64,000 nucleotides of DNA from positions 4,358 to 68,357 of the forward strand of contig REDG01000056.1 of NCBI GenBank assembly GCA_007693605.1. The letters are read 5' to 3'. Of this stretch, positions 29,228 to 38,668 are shown in pieces. The notes below the pieces were generated by a model that was not told the origin of the DNA, did not search any database, and was given only the letters and a program-made list of their open reading frames with translations. Position 1 is the stretch's first letter; every line of letters starts with the position of its first letter. Made by a program: the position numbers and the translations under genes. This DNA comes from Bradymonadales bacterium (GTDB lineage Bacteria; Bdellovibrionota; UBA2394).

Positions 29228-29584
29228 ATGGAAGCCATCAAAAACACAGAGTCCGCAGTCTTGAAGCTGACGGATGCAGCACGAGATAAGGTTCAGTCTT
29301 TGATGAGGCGCGAGCACGGAGATAAAGAGATGTATCTCAGAATTTCGGTCGTTGGTGGAGGTTGCTCGGGCCTATCTTATAAGATGAGCTTTGAGGAGGC
29401 ACCGAATCAATCCGATGCATCCTTTGAAGAAAATTCGGTGGCTTTGCTTTTGGATCCGAAGTCACAGCTCTTTTTACAGGGCCTCGTGATTGATTTTGAG
29501 GATGGGCTAAACGGGGCTGGGTTTACCTATAATAATCCAAAGGCCAAAAAGTCTTGCGGCTGCGGCACTTCCTTTGCTGTTTGA
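29228..29584 (+). CDS. Fe-S cluster insertion protein (HesB/IscA/ErpA family)
   Basis: C-terminal CGCGTSF plus an earlier conserved Cys (GGGCSG). 118 aa. Confidence 0.85.
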   Translation: MEAIKNTESAVLKLTDAARDKVQSLMRREHGDKEMYLRISVVGGGCSGLSYKMSFEEAPNQSDASFEENSVALLLDPKSQLFLQGLVIDFEDGLNGAGFTYNNPKAKKSCGCGTSFAV

Positions 29585-29631
29585 GCTTTCAAGCTCTTGT
29601 TTCCTTCAGTGGACACCGATAACATGGAGAC

Positions 29632-29922
29632 ATGCCAAAGATTCGTTTTGAAAATCTAGGGGAGTCGTATGAGGTGGCGCCGGGCACTTCCGTATTGGAG
29701 TGTGCTATCGATCAAAACCTTCCGCTCGATCATGACTGTGGTGGAAATTGCGCTTGTACCACTTGCCACATTTTTGTGAAGTCAGGCATGCAAAACTTGA
29801 CCCCTATGTCAGAGGACGAAAAGAGTCTGTTGGAAGCGAATGAAAGACTGGACGAGCAATCACGATTGGGCTGTCAGTCTCGAGTCAAGTCGGGTGAAGT
29901 GGTGGTTCAGATTCCAGAGTAG
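29632..29922 (+). CDS. fdx: [2Fe-2S] ferredoxin, ISC-type
   Basis: CGGNCACTTCH…C pattern. 96 aa. Confidence 0.8.
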   Translation: MPKIRFENLGESYEVAPGTSVLECAIDQNLPLDHDCGGNCACTTCHIFVKSGMQNLTPMSEDEKSLLEANERLDEQSRLGCQSRVKSGEVVVQIPE

Positions 29923-29939
29923 CTAGAAAAGGGGAAGGG

Positions 29940-30335
29940 ATGGCTAAGAAAACAGCAAAGAAACTCAAGTGGTCTGACATCGGGGACATTGCCTTTCGCC
30001 TCATCGACGAACATCCACGGCTAGATCCATCGAGACTCTCGGTAGGTTCTATTGAAGATATGGTGTTGGCTCTGGCAGATTTTGGAGAATCTTCTAAGCA
30101 GCCCACAGAAGAGCTTCTGCAAGAGATTCAGGAGCGATGGGCTGAAGAGCGAGATGAGATAGCTGACGAGCTTGAGCCCATCGAGGAAGCCGAAGAAGAA
30201 GATTTGGATGAGGATCGTTATCGAGAGGATCGTACGGCCGACGAGAAGGATGAAGACGATGAGTCGGAAGACGAGACTGAGCCTGAGTTCGACGAGTTCG
30301 AAGAAGACGAAGATGATGATGAAGAAGAGTTCTGA
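29940..30335 (+). CDS. iscX: IscX (YfhJ)-like Fe-S assembly protein with long poly-acidic C-terminal extension
   Basis: N-terminal approx 65 aa LKWSDIGDIAFRLIDEHPRLDPSRLSVGSIEDMV… match IscX. It is followed by a D/E-rich tail of about 65 aa. Confidence 0.6.
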   Translation: MAKKTAKKLKWSDIGDIAFRLIDEHPRLDPSRLSVGSIEDMVLALADFGESSKQPTEELLQEIQERWAEERDEIADELEPIEEAEEEDLDEDRYREDRTADEKDEDDESEDETEPEFDEFEEDEDDDEEEF

Positions 30336-30338
30336 GTG

Positions 30339-30366
30339 AGCCCCCGTTTCTGTCGGGGGTTTTAGG
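30339..30366 (+). terminator. Rho-independent terminator after iscX
   Basis: GAGCCCCCG-tttctgt-CGGGGGTTTT, a GC stem followed by a T-run. Confidence 0.6.
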
Positions 30367-30500
30367 TTCTCCTGCCTTTTTCGAGGCTTCTTGGGATCAT
30401 GCCATCAAATACTTTACAAGAGCCAAAGAGACCGCTTTTCTTCTGGTGAGGCTACGCGAGGGGCGCGTGGAATCGGCATTTAAAGCAGAGGAGAGTAATT

Positions 30501-31652
30501 GTGGCACAAGCAAAAAAGGCAAGTGATTCAGGGGACAATAAAGCGGGTCTGAAAGCAGAGAAGATGAAGGCTCTCAATTTGGCCGTTGCTGCGATTGAAA
30601 AGCAATTTGGAAAAGGGGCGATTATGCGCCTCGGAACCGGGCAGAAGCTGGTCACCAATTTGGATGTGATTCCAACGGGTAGTTTCGGTTTGGATGTCGC
30701 CCTTGGAATTGGCGGAGTGCCGAGGGGGCGAATTGTTGAGATTTTTGGGCCAGAATCCTCTGGGAAGACAACGCTGACATTGCATTTGGTGGCAGAGTGT
30801 CAGAAAAAGGGTGGAGTCTGCGCGTTTGTAGATGCCGAACATGCCATTGATGTAACCTATGCGGCCGCCCTGGGCGTGAATGTGGACGATCTTCTGATTT
30901 CACAGCCCGATACGGGCGAAGAGGCCCTTGAAATCGTCGATGCTTTAGTTCGCTCGAACGCCGTCGATCTGATTGTCGTTGACTCCGTTGCGGCGCTGAC
31001 ACCGAAAGCAGAGATCGAAGGAAATATGGGAGACTCCCATATGGGCCTGCAGGCGCGCTTGATGAGTCAGGCGCTTCGGAAGCTCACGGGTACTATCAGT
31101 AAGTCGAAGGCTTGCGTTACTTTTATTAACCAGATTCGAATGAAGATTGGGGTGATGTTTGGTAACCCCGAAACCACCACAGGTGGAAACGCTCTAAAGT
31201 TTTACAGTTCGATTCGACTGGATATTCGAAGAATCGGTGCGATCACCAAAGGCGACCAGGTGGTGGGCAATCGCACTCGAGTCAAAGTGGTGAAAAACAA
31301 AGTAGCAGCACCTTTCAAGCAAGCAGAATTCGATATCCTGTACGGCAAGGGAATTAATCGACTTGGAGAGATTGTTGATAAGGCTTCTGACTTAGAAATC
31401 ATTCAAAAGAGCGGATCTTGGTATTCCTTCGGAGACGAAAAGATCGGGCAGGGTCGTGAAAATGTGATTGAGTATTTGAAAGAGAATTCGAAAGTTCGAA
31501 ACGAAGTGGTGAAGAAACTTTATCAGAGCTTAGAGATTCCTTTGCCTTCTTCCTCGGGGGCTCCGATAGAGAGCGCTGCAAAGACAACTGAGGAGCCTGT
31601 GATTTCAACGACAGACGCGAAGAAGGTCGAGACGAAAGACTCAAAAAAGTAA
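30501..31652 (+). CDS. recA: Recombinase RecA
   Basis: GPESSGKTT Walker A, L1/L2 loops. 383 aa with a charged C-terminal tail. Confidence 0.95.
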   Translation: MAQAKKASDSGDNKAGLKAEKMKALNLAVAAIEKQFGKGAIMRLGTGQKLVTNLDVIPTGSFGLDVALGIGGVPRGRIVEIFGPESSGKTTLTLHLVAECQKKGGVCAFVDAEHAIDVTYAAALGVNVDDLLISQPDTGEEALEIVDALVRSNAVDLIVVDSVAALTPKAEIEGNMGDSHMGLQARLMSQALRKLTGTISKSKACVTFINQIRMKIGVMFGNPETTTGGNALKFYSSIRLDIRRIGAITKGDQVVGNRTRVKVVKNKVAAPFKQAEFDILYGKGINRLGEIVDKASDLEIIQKSGSWYSFGDEKIGQGRENVIEYLKENSKVRNEVVKKLYQSLEIPLPSSSGAPIESAAKTTEEPVISTTDAKKVETKDSKK

Positions 31653-31773
31653 TGCTGCAAGGGAGTCGTCTCAGCTTGTCAATTTGAGAGAACGCCGGCG
31701 GAACTGAGTTAGCACTTAACTTTTGCTTAAGCTTTTGTTTAATTCCTCGTAGAATATCACTGGAGGGGGAGGA

Positions 31774-33180
31774 ATGAATAAATTCTCATTTTGGGCTCTT
31801 GTATTTGTCGTAGCTCTTGGGGCTCAAGTTGGTGCGGACGATCGGAAGTTTGATGACGGCGTTCGACGAGCGATTGATCGTCATGACGAGCGAGTTCGTG
31901 CAATTCTTGTCTTCGATCCGATTGACCTAAGTGCAGCTCATGCCCCCGGAACTCTCAGCGCAGGACAGATCGAAAGGCTTCGTAAGGAAGAGGCCACTCG
32001 GGCTCAGAGGGAAGTCTGGGCCTTTCTTCAAAGGCAATATCACTTTGGTCACCCCCAAGACTTGGTCGAAATCAATGACTTCTGGGGGGCAAATGCGATC
32101 AGTGTTGAGGCCAGTCCTCTCGTGCTTCAGGAGTTGGCCCGTTTTCAAGAGGTCCGCTCGATTATTCTCGATCAGTCTGTCGATCTCGTTTACCGAGTAG
32201 ACCAAGATCAACCAGAATATCGCTATACTTATGGTCTTGAGAGAATTGGAATTCCAGATCTCAGGCGCCAGTCTCCTGACTTGTTGGGCCAAGGCATTGT
32301 TGTGGGGGTTCTGGATACTGGGATAGACCCAGAGCATCCGGAGTTCAGGGGCCGAGTTGCCGCTTTCAGGGATTTCATTCAACAAAAGACGGAGGCCTAT
32401 GATGATAACGGGCATGGAACTCATGTGGCGGGTACGATTGCTGGATCTGGGGTTGGCGGTGTTCAGATTGGTGTCGCTCCCGAAGCCACTTTGGTGATTG
32501 GAAAGATTTTGAGCGGGCGAGGCTCGGGGAGTCTGAGTGGAATTTTGGCGGGGATGGAGTGGATAGGGAACCCCGACGGTAGATTGGCCTCTCGACTTCG
32601 GCCTCATGTGGTGAACAACTCTTGGGGAGCCTCTCGTTTTTCAGGCGATTTGCGACGAAACCCTTTCGCTCAGCAAGTCATCACTTGGGTTGAGATGGGA
32701 ATTTTTCCTGTCTTTGCCGCTGGCAATGATGGACGCAGTGGGAGCGCTACGATCGGAGATCCTGCCGGTTTGCCGATGGCCTTTGCCGTTGGAGCGACGG
32801 ATGAGCGAGACGAAGTGACAGACTTTTCTTCTCGCGGACCCGTCCGAATTATCGACTTCGATGGGGAAACTCGTGTTTTAGTGAAGCCGGATATTTCGGC
32901 GCCCGGTGCTCGGGTGCATTCTGCCGTGCCAGGAGGAGGCTATCGAGCCTTCAGCGGAACTTCGATGGCGGCGCCTCATATTGCGGGAGCCGTTGCCCTT
33001 CTGTATCAGGTCAATCCCCATCTCAAGATTCCAGAAGTCGTCCGAATTTTAGAGGACAGCTCCGAGTACCTCGGAAGCTCCCCTGGTCGCGAAAGAAGTA
33101 ACGATTTCGGCTCTGGCCGGCTCAACATCTTCAACGCGGTGAGTGGGATGTCGAGTATGGGGTATCACCGCTGGCGCTAA
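31774..33180 (+). CDS. Secreted subtilisin-like serine protease (peptidase S8)
   Basis: Signal peptide, catalytic triad blocks VGVLDTGID, HGTHVAGT, GTSMAAPH. Confidence 0.85.
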   Translation: MNKFSFWALVFVVALGAQVGADDRKFDDGVRRAIDRHDERVRAILVFDPIDLSAAHAPGTLSAGQIERLRKEEATRAQREVWAFLQRQYHFGHPQDLVEINDFWGANAISVEASPLVLQELARFQEVRSIILDQSVDLVYRVDQDQPEYRYTYGLERIGIPDLRRQSPDLLGQGIVVGVLDTGIDPEHPEFRGRVAAFRDFIQQKTEAYDDNGHGTHVAGTIAGSGVGGVQIGVAPEATLVIGKILSGRGSGSLSGILAGMEWIGNPDGRLASRLRPHVVNNSWGASRFSGDLRRNPFAQQVITWVEMGIFPVFAAGNDGRSGSATIGDPAGLPMAFAVGATDERDEVTDFSSRGPVRIIDFDGETRVLVKPDISAPGARVHSAVPGGGYRAFSGTSMAAPHIAGAVALLYQVNPHLKIPEVVRILEDSSEYLGSSPGRERSNDFGSGRLNIFNAVSGMSSMGYHRWR

Positions 33181-33550
33181 GGGCCCATCTGCAACTTCAT
33201 TCAGGTCAACCTCCGGTTCCGGATTTGGTTTCAGATTGGCTCCTTGACCCCAGAGTTTAGCATCATGAGTTTTGGAAGCATCCGTTGGGGACCGCCTAGA
33301 ATTCCAAACAACTTCGATCGCTTCCAGGGCCCGCTCCTTCTCGCGCCGTTGACAATGTACTTCGTTTCGCGACCCAGACGCTCGAAGAGCCCCACCGGCT
33401 GTCTTCCAAAACTCATGCTCAATGCCATAGGCCGTGAGGCACCTATCACCGTTATCTGGTCGACGGAGCCTTGCAGTGACGGCACAGAGCAGAGCGGAGC
33501 TTTTGAGATTTTTCCTTGAGGCTCTGATCTGGCTTGTTTAGTTTGCGATC

Positions 33551-34894
33551 GTGATTGAGAGCCTGCAAAAATCCTTTCAAAGAAGCCTTAAGAAACTTTC
33601 TGGCCAAGCCAAACTTCGGCCCGCTCATATCGAAGAAATACTTGGGGATCTGAGAGACTCGCTTTTAGAGGCCGATGTCAGTTTGAGCGTGGCCGAGCGC
33701 TTTCTTGAATCAGTTCGAGAGAAGGCCATCGGAGAGGCGGTCTCAGACAGTCTAAATCCGCAGCAACAGTTCATTTACATTCTGCAAAAAGAGATGCGAG
33801 CGGTTTTGGGAGACTCAGAGCCCTTTGCCTTGAATTTCAAGCCCCCCGTCATTGTCATGATGGTGGGCCTGCAAGGGGCCGGAAAGACCACTTCTGCCGC
33901 AAAGTTGGGCCTGTGGGCTAAAAAGAAACAAAAGAGGCAGGTCTTGCTCGTGAGTGTGGATGTGCGAAGGCCCGCAGCCATTGAGCAGCTTGAGAAGTTG
34001 GCGGCTGAGTCGAAGTTAGACTACATCAAGCCCGAGACGATGGACCCTCTAGAAAGGGCTCGTGAGGCAGTTCGTTACGCCGAGACTTACGGCTTGGATT
34101 TCGTGATCGTGGATACGGCAGGAAGGCTATCCATTGACGAAGAGCTGATGGCTGAGCTCGAGCAATTGAAGCGAGAGATTCAACCGCAACACATCTTGTA
34201 TGTGGCCGATGCGATGAGTGGGCAACAGGGCCTTCAGGTCATCGAGGGCTTCTCTTCTCGAGTGGGTCTGACCGGAGCGATCGTGACCAAGGCAGATGCA
34301 GACTCTCGGGGCGGGATTGTGTTCTCCATTCGAGAGGCTTTAAAGGTGCCCTTATGTTTTGTCGGAAGCGGCGAGAAGACCGGAGATTTTGAAGTCTTTC
34401 ATGCCGATCGATGGGTTTCACGAATTCTTGGGATGGGGGATTTGCAGACCCTAATCGAGAAGGCTGAGGAGGCGGGCTCAGAGGCTGGGGCCCCGGGCGC
34501 AGAGAGCCAAGAGAGGCTCGCCAAGAGAGTAATGAAGGGAAAGATGAACCTTCTAGACTTTCAGCAGCAAATGAAAATGATGAGTAAAATGGGCAGCCTG
34601 AAGGGCTTGATGGGCATGGTCCCAGGGATGTCTCAAATGGCCCAGCAAATCGACTCAGAGGCCATTGAGAAAAAACTGAAGCGGGTGGATGCCATGATCT
34701 GTTCCATGACCCCTACAGAGCGAGAGCGGCCGGATGTCATCAACGGAAGCCGAAAACGGCGAATCGCTGGGGGTAGCGGGACCAGCGTCGAAGAGATGAA
34801 TCAGTTTCTTAGGGAGTTTCAGCAAATGCAGAATATGATGAAGAGCATGAAGGGCAAGAAGGGGATGAAAGGCCTCGGGCGACTTTTCGGCTAG
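33551..34894 (+). CDS. ffh: Signal recognition particle protein Ffh
   Basis: N domain, G domain GLQGAGKTT…DTAGR, and a Met-rich M domain. Confidence 0.9.
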   Translation: MIESLQKSFQRSLKKLSGQAKLRPAHIEEILGDLRDSLLEADVSLSVAERFLESVREKAIGEAVSDSLNPQQQFIYILQKEMRAVLGDSEPFALNFKPPVIVMMVGLQGAGKTTSAAKLGLWAKKKQKRQVLLVSVDVRRPAAIEQLEKLAAESKLDYIKPETMDPLERAREAVRYAETYGLDFVIVDTAGRLSIDEELMAELEQLKREIQPQHILYVADAMSGQQGLQVIEGFSSRVGLTGAIVTKADADSRGGIVFSIREALKVPLCFVGSGEKTGDFEVFHADRWVSRILGMGDLQTLIEKAEEAGSEAGAPGAESQERLAKRVMKGKMNLLDFQQQMKMMSKMGSLKGLMGMVPGMSQMAQQIDSEAIEKKLKRVDAMICSMTPTERERPDVINGSRKRRIAGGSGTSVEEMNQFLREFQQMQNMMKSMKGKKGMKGLGRLFG

Positions 34895-34978
34895 CTGGGC
34901 CTATAACGACGCTGCCATTTTTCGTGGGAGTCTGGGCTTGATCGGGGGGCTCATTTTCAGTAGGTGTACAAGGCTGAT

Positions 34979-35272
34979 ATGGTAAAAATTCGCTTATCTC
35001 GTTATGGCACGAAAAAGAAACCCTTCTACCGGATTGTGGCGGCTGACGCTCGCCGCGCGCGGGACGGAAAGTTTATTGAGATTCTTGGAACCTATGATCC
35101 AATGAATTTGAGTCTGCCGAAAGACTCCAGCGAAAAGAAAGAGAAGGGCATTGTTTTGCTGAAGGCCGATCGCTTGCAGCACTGGCTTTCGAAGGGGGCT
35201 CAGTTAAGTCCCACTCTTCAGACGATACTTAAGCGCGAAAAAATTCTGCCTGAGACGAAGGCCGCCGCTTAA
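34979..35272 (+). CDS. rpsP: 30S ribosomal protein S16
   Basis: [34 protein letters not shown]. The ORF track has 5 extra N-terminal residues from ATG 34964. Confidence 0.85.
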   Translation: MVKIRLSRYGTKKKPFYRIVAADARRARDGKFIEILGTYDPMNLSLPKDSSEKKEKGIVLLKADRLQHWLSKGAQLSPTLQTILKREKILPETKAAA

Positions 35273-35305
35273 GCACTTCGTTCGACCGATAGAGGAAACG
35301 CGAGA

Positions 35306-35950
35306 ATGAGAATCACAGTTCTGAGCGCGCTTCCTGATTTGATCACAAACTATTGTCAGGAAGCCCTTTTGGGAAGAGCTCAAAGAGAGGCTCTTGTTGA
35401 AATCAATGCGGTTTCACTAAGAGAGTTCTCGGATCCTCCGCACTATCAGATCGACGATAGACCCTTTGGGGGTGGCGCGGGAATGCTTCTTCGGGTTGAG
35501 CCCATCGCAAAGGCTCTTCAATCCATGGCGAAGCCCAATTGGAAGATTTTACTCTCGGCGAAAGGAAGAAGCTTTCAGCAGGAGGATGCCAAGAGATTCG
35601 CTCAGCTTAGCCACCTGGTTTTGATTTGCGGCCGTTACGAGGGAGTAGATCAGAGAGTGGCAGATCACCTTGTAGACGAGGAAGTTCGCGTGGGTGATTT
35701 TGTGACGATGGGGGGCGAGCCCGCAGCCTTGGCGATTTTGGAGGCCGTGGTTCGACTGATTCCAGGCGCTCTTGGAAATGAAGAGTCCTTAGCAGAGGAG
35801 AGTTTTTCAGAGTCGGAAGACTCCTCTTTGGAGTACCCTCAGTACACTCGGCCTCGTGAGTTTCAGGGTCTGAAAGTTCCTGAAGTTTTGGTGTCGGGTG
35901 ATCATCAGGCGATTCGTCTTTGGCGAGAGTCCCAAAAGAAGAAATCATGA
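35306..35950 (+). CDS. trmD: tRNA (guanine37-N1)-methyltransferase TrmD
   Basis: SPOUT N-terminal domain, GRYEGVDQR, C-terminal YTRPREFQG…VLVSGDH. Confidence 0.85.
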   Translation: MRITVLSALPDLITNYCQEALLGRAQREALVEINAVSLREFSDPPHYQIDDRPFGGGAGMLLRVEPIAKALQSMAKPNWKILLSAKGRSFQQEDAKRFAQLSHLVLICGRYEGVDQRVADHLVDEEVRVGDFVTMGGEPAALAILEAVVRLIPGALGNEESLAEESFSESEDSSLEYPQYTRPREFQGLKVPEVLVSGDHQAIRLWRESQKKKS

Positions 35951-36510
35951 AGCCCTGCTATCTGGCCCTAATTCACTATCCCGTCATCAATCGAAATCAG
36001 GAGATTGTCACCTCTTCTGTCACCAATCTTGATCTCCACGATATCGCGAGAGCGGCTCGCACCTTTGGTTTGAAGGGCTACTTTGTCGTACACCCTTCAA
36101 AAGATCAGCAGGCTCTCAATCGAAGAATCATCCATCATTGGATGGGGGCCTATGGTCAGGCGGCCAACCGAACTCGGTCAACAGCCTTAGATTTGATTCG
36201 TTTGGTTTCAACTTGGGAGGAGGTCTTGGAGCAGATTCAAAGCGAGACCGGAGAATTGCCGCTTTGCGTAGGAACTCACGCCCGAAGGGAAGGAGAGGGC
36301 GTTTTGGGTCTCTCGGAGTTTCGTCAGGGCTTGGGCTCAAAACCTGGGCTCCTGGTCTTCGGTACGGCCTATGGCTTAGCTCCGCTCTGGTGGGAACGCT
36401 TAGAGGCCTTCCTAGACCCCATTCTGGGCCCCACAGATTATAATCACTTGTCGGTTCGATCGGCGGTTTCCATTTACCTCGATCGGATTTTTGGCCGGAG
36501 CCCTGATTGA
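35947..36510 (+). CDS. SPOUT-like (SpoU/TrmL-like) protein of unknown specificity, between trmD and rplS
   Basis: LALIHYPVINRNQEI…NLDLHDIARAARTFGLKGYFVVHP resembles SpoU motif 1. The ATG overlaps the trmD stop (ATGA). It occupies the position usually held by rimM. Confidence 0.4.
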   Translation: MKPCYLALIHYPVINRNQEIVTSSVTNLDLHDIARAARTFGLKGYFVVHPSKDQQALNRRIIHHWMGAYGQAANRTRSTALDLIRLVSTWEEVLEQIQSETGELPLCVGTHARREGEGVLGLSEFRQGLGSKPGLLVFGTAYGLAPLWWERLEAFLDPILGPTDYNHLSVRSAVSIYLDRIFGRSPD

Positions 36511-36541
36511 CAAAAGCTCGCGGTTTGGCGAAATAACGAGG

Positions 36542-37021
36542 ATGAAAAAGCGTTTGGACCCCAAGGCGGCGATTCAGAAGGTCGCCAAGAAAATGATCAA
36601 AAAACCTCCTCAGTACCCAAATTTTCGTGTGGGGGACACGCTTCGAGTCTATGTCAAAGTGAAAGAGGGGGAGAAGACTCGAACCCAGCCCTTTGAAGGC
36701 ATCGTCATTGCGATTCAGAACAAGCAGGAGCGCTCGTCTTTTACCGTCAGAAAAATTGCAAGTGGTGTGGGCGTAGAGAGAATTTTTCCTTACTTCTCCC
36801 CTGTCATTGACAGAATCATGTTGGTTTCTAAGGGCGAGGTCCGAAGATCGAAGCTTTACTATTTGCGTGAGCTGACGGGTAGAAAAGGCCGAATTCGTTC
36901 GGAGTATGTCTACCAAGACACGCTTGCGGCTTCCGATTCGGCGGAGTCCGCAGACGCGACGGTCTCTGACGAGGATGAGGCAGAGGATGTCTCGCGAAAT
37001 GCGCAAGCGGCTGGCGCATAG
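36542..37021 (+). CDS. rplS: 50S ribosomal protein L19 with acidic C-terminal extension
   Basis: NFRVGDTLRVYVKVKEGEKTRTQPFEGIVIA…TVRKIASGVGVERIFP…KLYYLR. Start MKKRL. There are about 40 extra C-terminal residues rich in D/E/A. Confidence 0.85.
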   Translation: MKKRLDPKAAIQKVAKKMIKKPPQYPNFRVGDTLRVYVKVKEGEKTRTQPFEGIVIAIQNKQERSSFTVRKIASGVGVERIFPYFSPVIDRIMLVSKGEVRRSKLYYLRELTGRKGRIRSEYVYQDTLAASDSAESADATVSDEDEAEDVSRNAQAAGA

Positions 37022-37973
37022 GTCTCTCTGCTCCTTTCAATTAGAAAAATCTTTTGGCGATGAACTCGTGATCGGCCTAGATGAGGTCGGTCGAGGCTGT
37101 ATTGCGGGCCCGGTCGTGGCGGCAGGGGTTGTGTTTGATCCGAAGGACTATGACTCTCAAGAGCCTTTGATGCTCGAAATTGATGATTCAAAAAGATTTT
37201 CTGCTGCGAGACGAGAGCAGCTCGTGAAGTATATCTTCAGTCGAGCTCGTTCGGTTCAGTGGTCGTTCATAGACTCGATGATTGTCGATGAGATCAATAT
37301 CTTGCAGGCAAGCTTTGCCGCCTTTCGTGAAGTGATTCAAAAAACCCTTAGTCTGCCTTTGGCATTGACGCGAGTGATGGTGGACGGAAATCAGATGATT
37401 CCAGACTGCTCGTTGTTTCAGAAGACAGTGATTTCGGGAGATCGAATTTCAAAGTCCATTGCAGCGGCCTCTTTGGTAGCGAAAGTTCTTCGTGATCGTT
37501 GGATGAAGACTCAAAGTGAAATCTATCCTCACTATGGCTTTGACAGACACAAGGGTTATGGGACGGCGGCGCATTGGGCCGCCATTGAGCTTCAGGGCCC
37601 CTGTGAGATTCACCGCCGCAGCTTTTTGAAGAAGTTTTATAGCCGTAAGGAATCAGGAGAACAGGCTGAAGGGCAGGTGCTTGAATTTTATCGGTCAAAA
37701 GGTCTGGAGCTTCGGCACCAGAATTGGAGCTGTGATCGAGGGGAAATCGATTTAATTTTTGAATCGGGAAATGAGATTCGATTTGTGGAAGTGAGGTTTC
37801 GCTCTGATGGAAACTTGGAAGCGGCCTTTCCCCTAAAGAAGCAAGAAAGATTTAAAGAGCTTGCATTTCAGTACTTAAGAGTCGCTCCAGGCGCAAGAAA
37901 GAGGCCACATCTCGATTTTGTGTTTGTCTCCCCCAATGGCATTGAAACCTTTGAAGACTTCCTGAAGCCATGA
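36999..37973 (+). CDS. rnhB: RNase HII fused to a C-terminal YraN/UPF0102 endonuclease-like domain
   Basis: RNase HII blocks GLDEVGRGCIAGPVV, DDSK, ASLVAK. The C-terminal approx 110 aa (GQVLEFYRSKGLELRHQNWSCDRGEIDLIFESGNEIRFVEVRFR…) match YraN. The start is uncertain; the ORF track starts at 36906, overlapping rplS. Confidence 0.7.
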   Translation: MRKRLAHRSLCSFQLEKSFGDELVIGLDEVGRGCIAGPVVAAGVVFDPKDYDSQEPLMLEIDDSKRFSAARREQLVKYIFSRARSVQWSFIDSMIVDEINILQASFAAFREVIQKTLSLPLALTRVMVDGNQMIPDCSLFQKTVISGDRISKSIAAASLVAKVLRDRWMKTQSEIYPHYGFDRHKGYGTAAHWAAIELQGPCEIHRRSFLKKFYSRKESGEQAEGQVLEFYRSKGLELRHQNWSCDRGEIDLIFESGNEIRFVEVRFRSDGNLEAAFPLKKQERFKELAFQYLRVAPGARKRPHLDFVFVSPNGIETFEDFLKP

Positions 37974-38668
37974 GTTCGAAGCTTAAAGAGTCGAAGAGAG
38001 AAGCCGCCAGATTTTTTGTGGTGGGAAGCCCCATTGGAAATTTAGAGGACATTAGTTTTAGAGCGGTTCGAATCCTAAGTGAAGTCGATCGAATATTTTG
38101 CGAAGATACCAGACGAAGCTTGAAGCTCTTGAATCATTTGAAAATATCAAAGCCACTTGAGTCTTGTCCTTATTTTAAAGAGGAAGAGAAGGCGACACGA
38201 CTCCTAGAGTGTTTACGAAAGGGAGAGTCCGTGGCTTTTCTTTCAGACGCGGGTATGCCCGGCTTTAGTGACCCCGGTAATCGATTGGTCAGACATTGTC
38301 GTGAGCAAGGCTTTGGGGTTGAAGTCATTGGAGGAGTAAGTGCTCTGACGAGTTTCTTGGCGGGTTTAACTTTTGAACTGACTGAGTTTCATTTCTATGG
38401 ATTTTTGCCCCCTAAAAGCTCCGGTCGAAAAAAGTTTTGGACCTCAGAGTCTCTGATTTTGCCCTGTGTGTTTTTAGAGTCGACCCATCGACTAGAGTCG
38501 AGTCTGGAGCTGATTGCCGAACTTCGGCCAGATTTGGAGCTTTGCTTGGCCAAAGAGCTTTCGAAGGTGTCAGAGGCATTTTTCCAAGGATCTGCGAAAG
38601 AGCTTCTCGATACAATTCCCTCTTGGAAGGGGGAATGGATTGGGTTAGCTAGAAGGGGTTCACCATGA
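37970..38668 (+). CDS. rsmI: 16S rRNA (cytidine1402-2'-O)-methyltransferase RsmI
   Basis: FFVVGSPIGNLEDISFRAVRILSEVDRIFCEDTR, tetrapyrrole-methylase fold. Confidence 0.8.
   Translation: MSSKLKESKREAARFFVVGSPIGNLEDISFRAVRILSEVDRIFCEDTRRSLKLLNHLKISKPLESCPYFKEEEKATRLLECLRKGESVAFLSDAGMPGFSDPGNRLVRHCREQGFGVEVIGGVSALTSFLAGLTFELTEFHFYGFLPPKSSGRKKFWTSESLILPCVFLESTHRLESSLELIAELRPDLELCLAKELSKVSEAFFQGSAKELLDTIPSWKGEWIGLARRGSP

Noticed and set aside
30367-30500. LexA/SOS box upstream of recA
   Set aside because: I found no clear palindrome matching known LexA consensus types in the 130-bp upstream region.
31927-32607. 226-aa minus-strand ORF inside the S8 protease gene
   Set aside because: The plus-strand frame carries the complete subtilisin catalytic-triad motifs. 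The antisense ORF is a shadow.
33231-33519. Overlapping 84-aa (minus) and 91-aa (plus) ORFs in the gap upstream of ffh
   Set aside because: They are mutually overlapping on opposite strands, with no SD and no motif. I recorded the gap as a finding instead of calling a gene.
33181-33550. Possible SRP (4.5S) RNA gene next to ffh
   Set aside because: I could not find the conserved domain IV motif (GGAAGCAGCC-like) by eye. A covariance-model scan would be needed to confirm or exclude it.
36128-37006. 292-aa minus-strand ORF overlapping the SPOUT-like gene and rplS
   Set aside because: It is antisense to well-supported genes (L19 and the SPOUT-like protein). It is very Arg-rich and low-complexity, and has no motif. 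I treat it as a spurious ORF.
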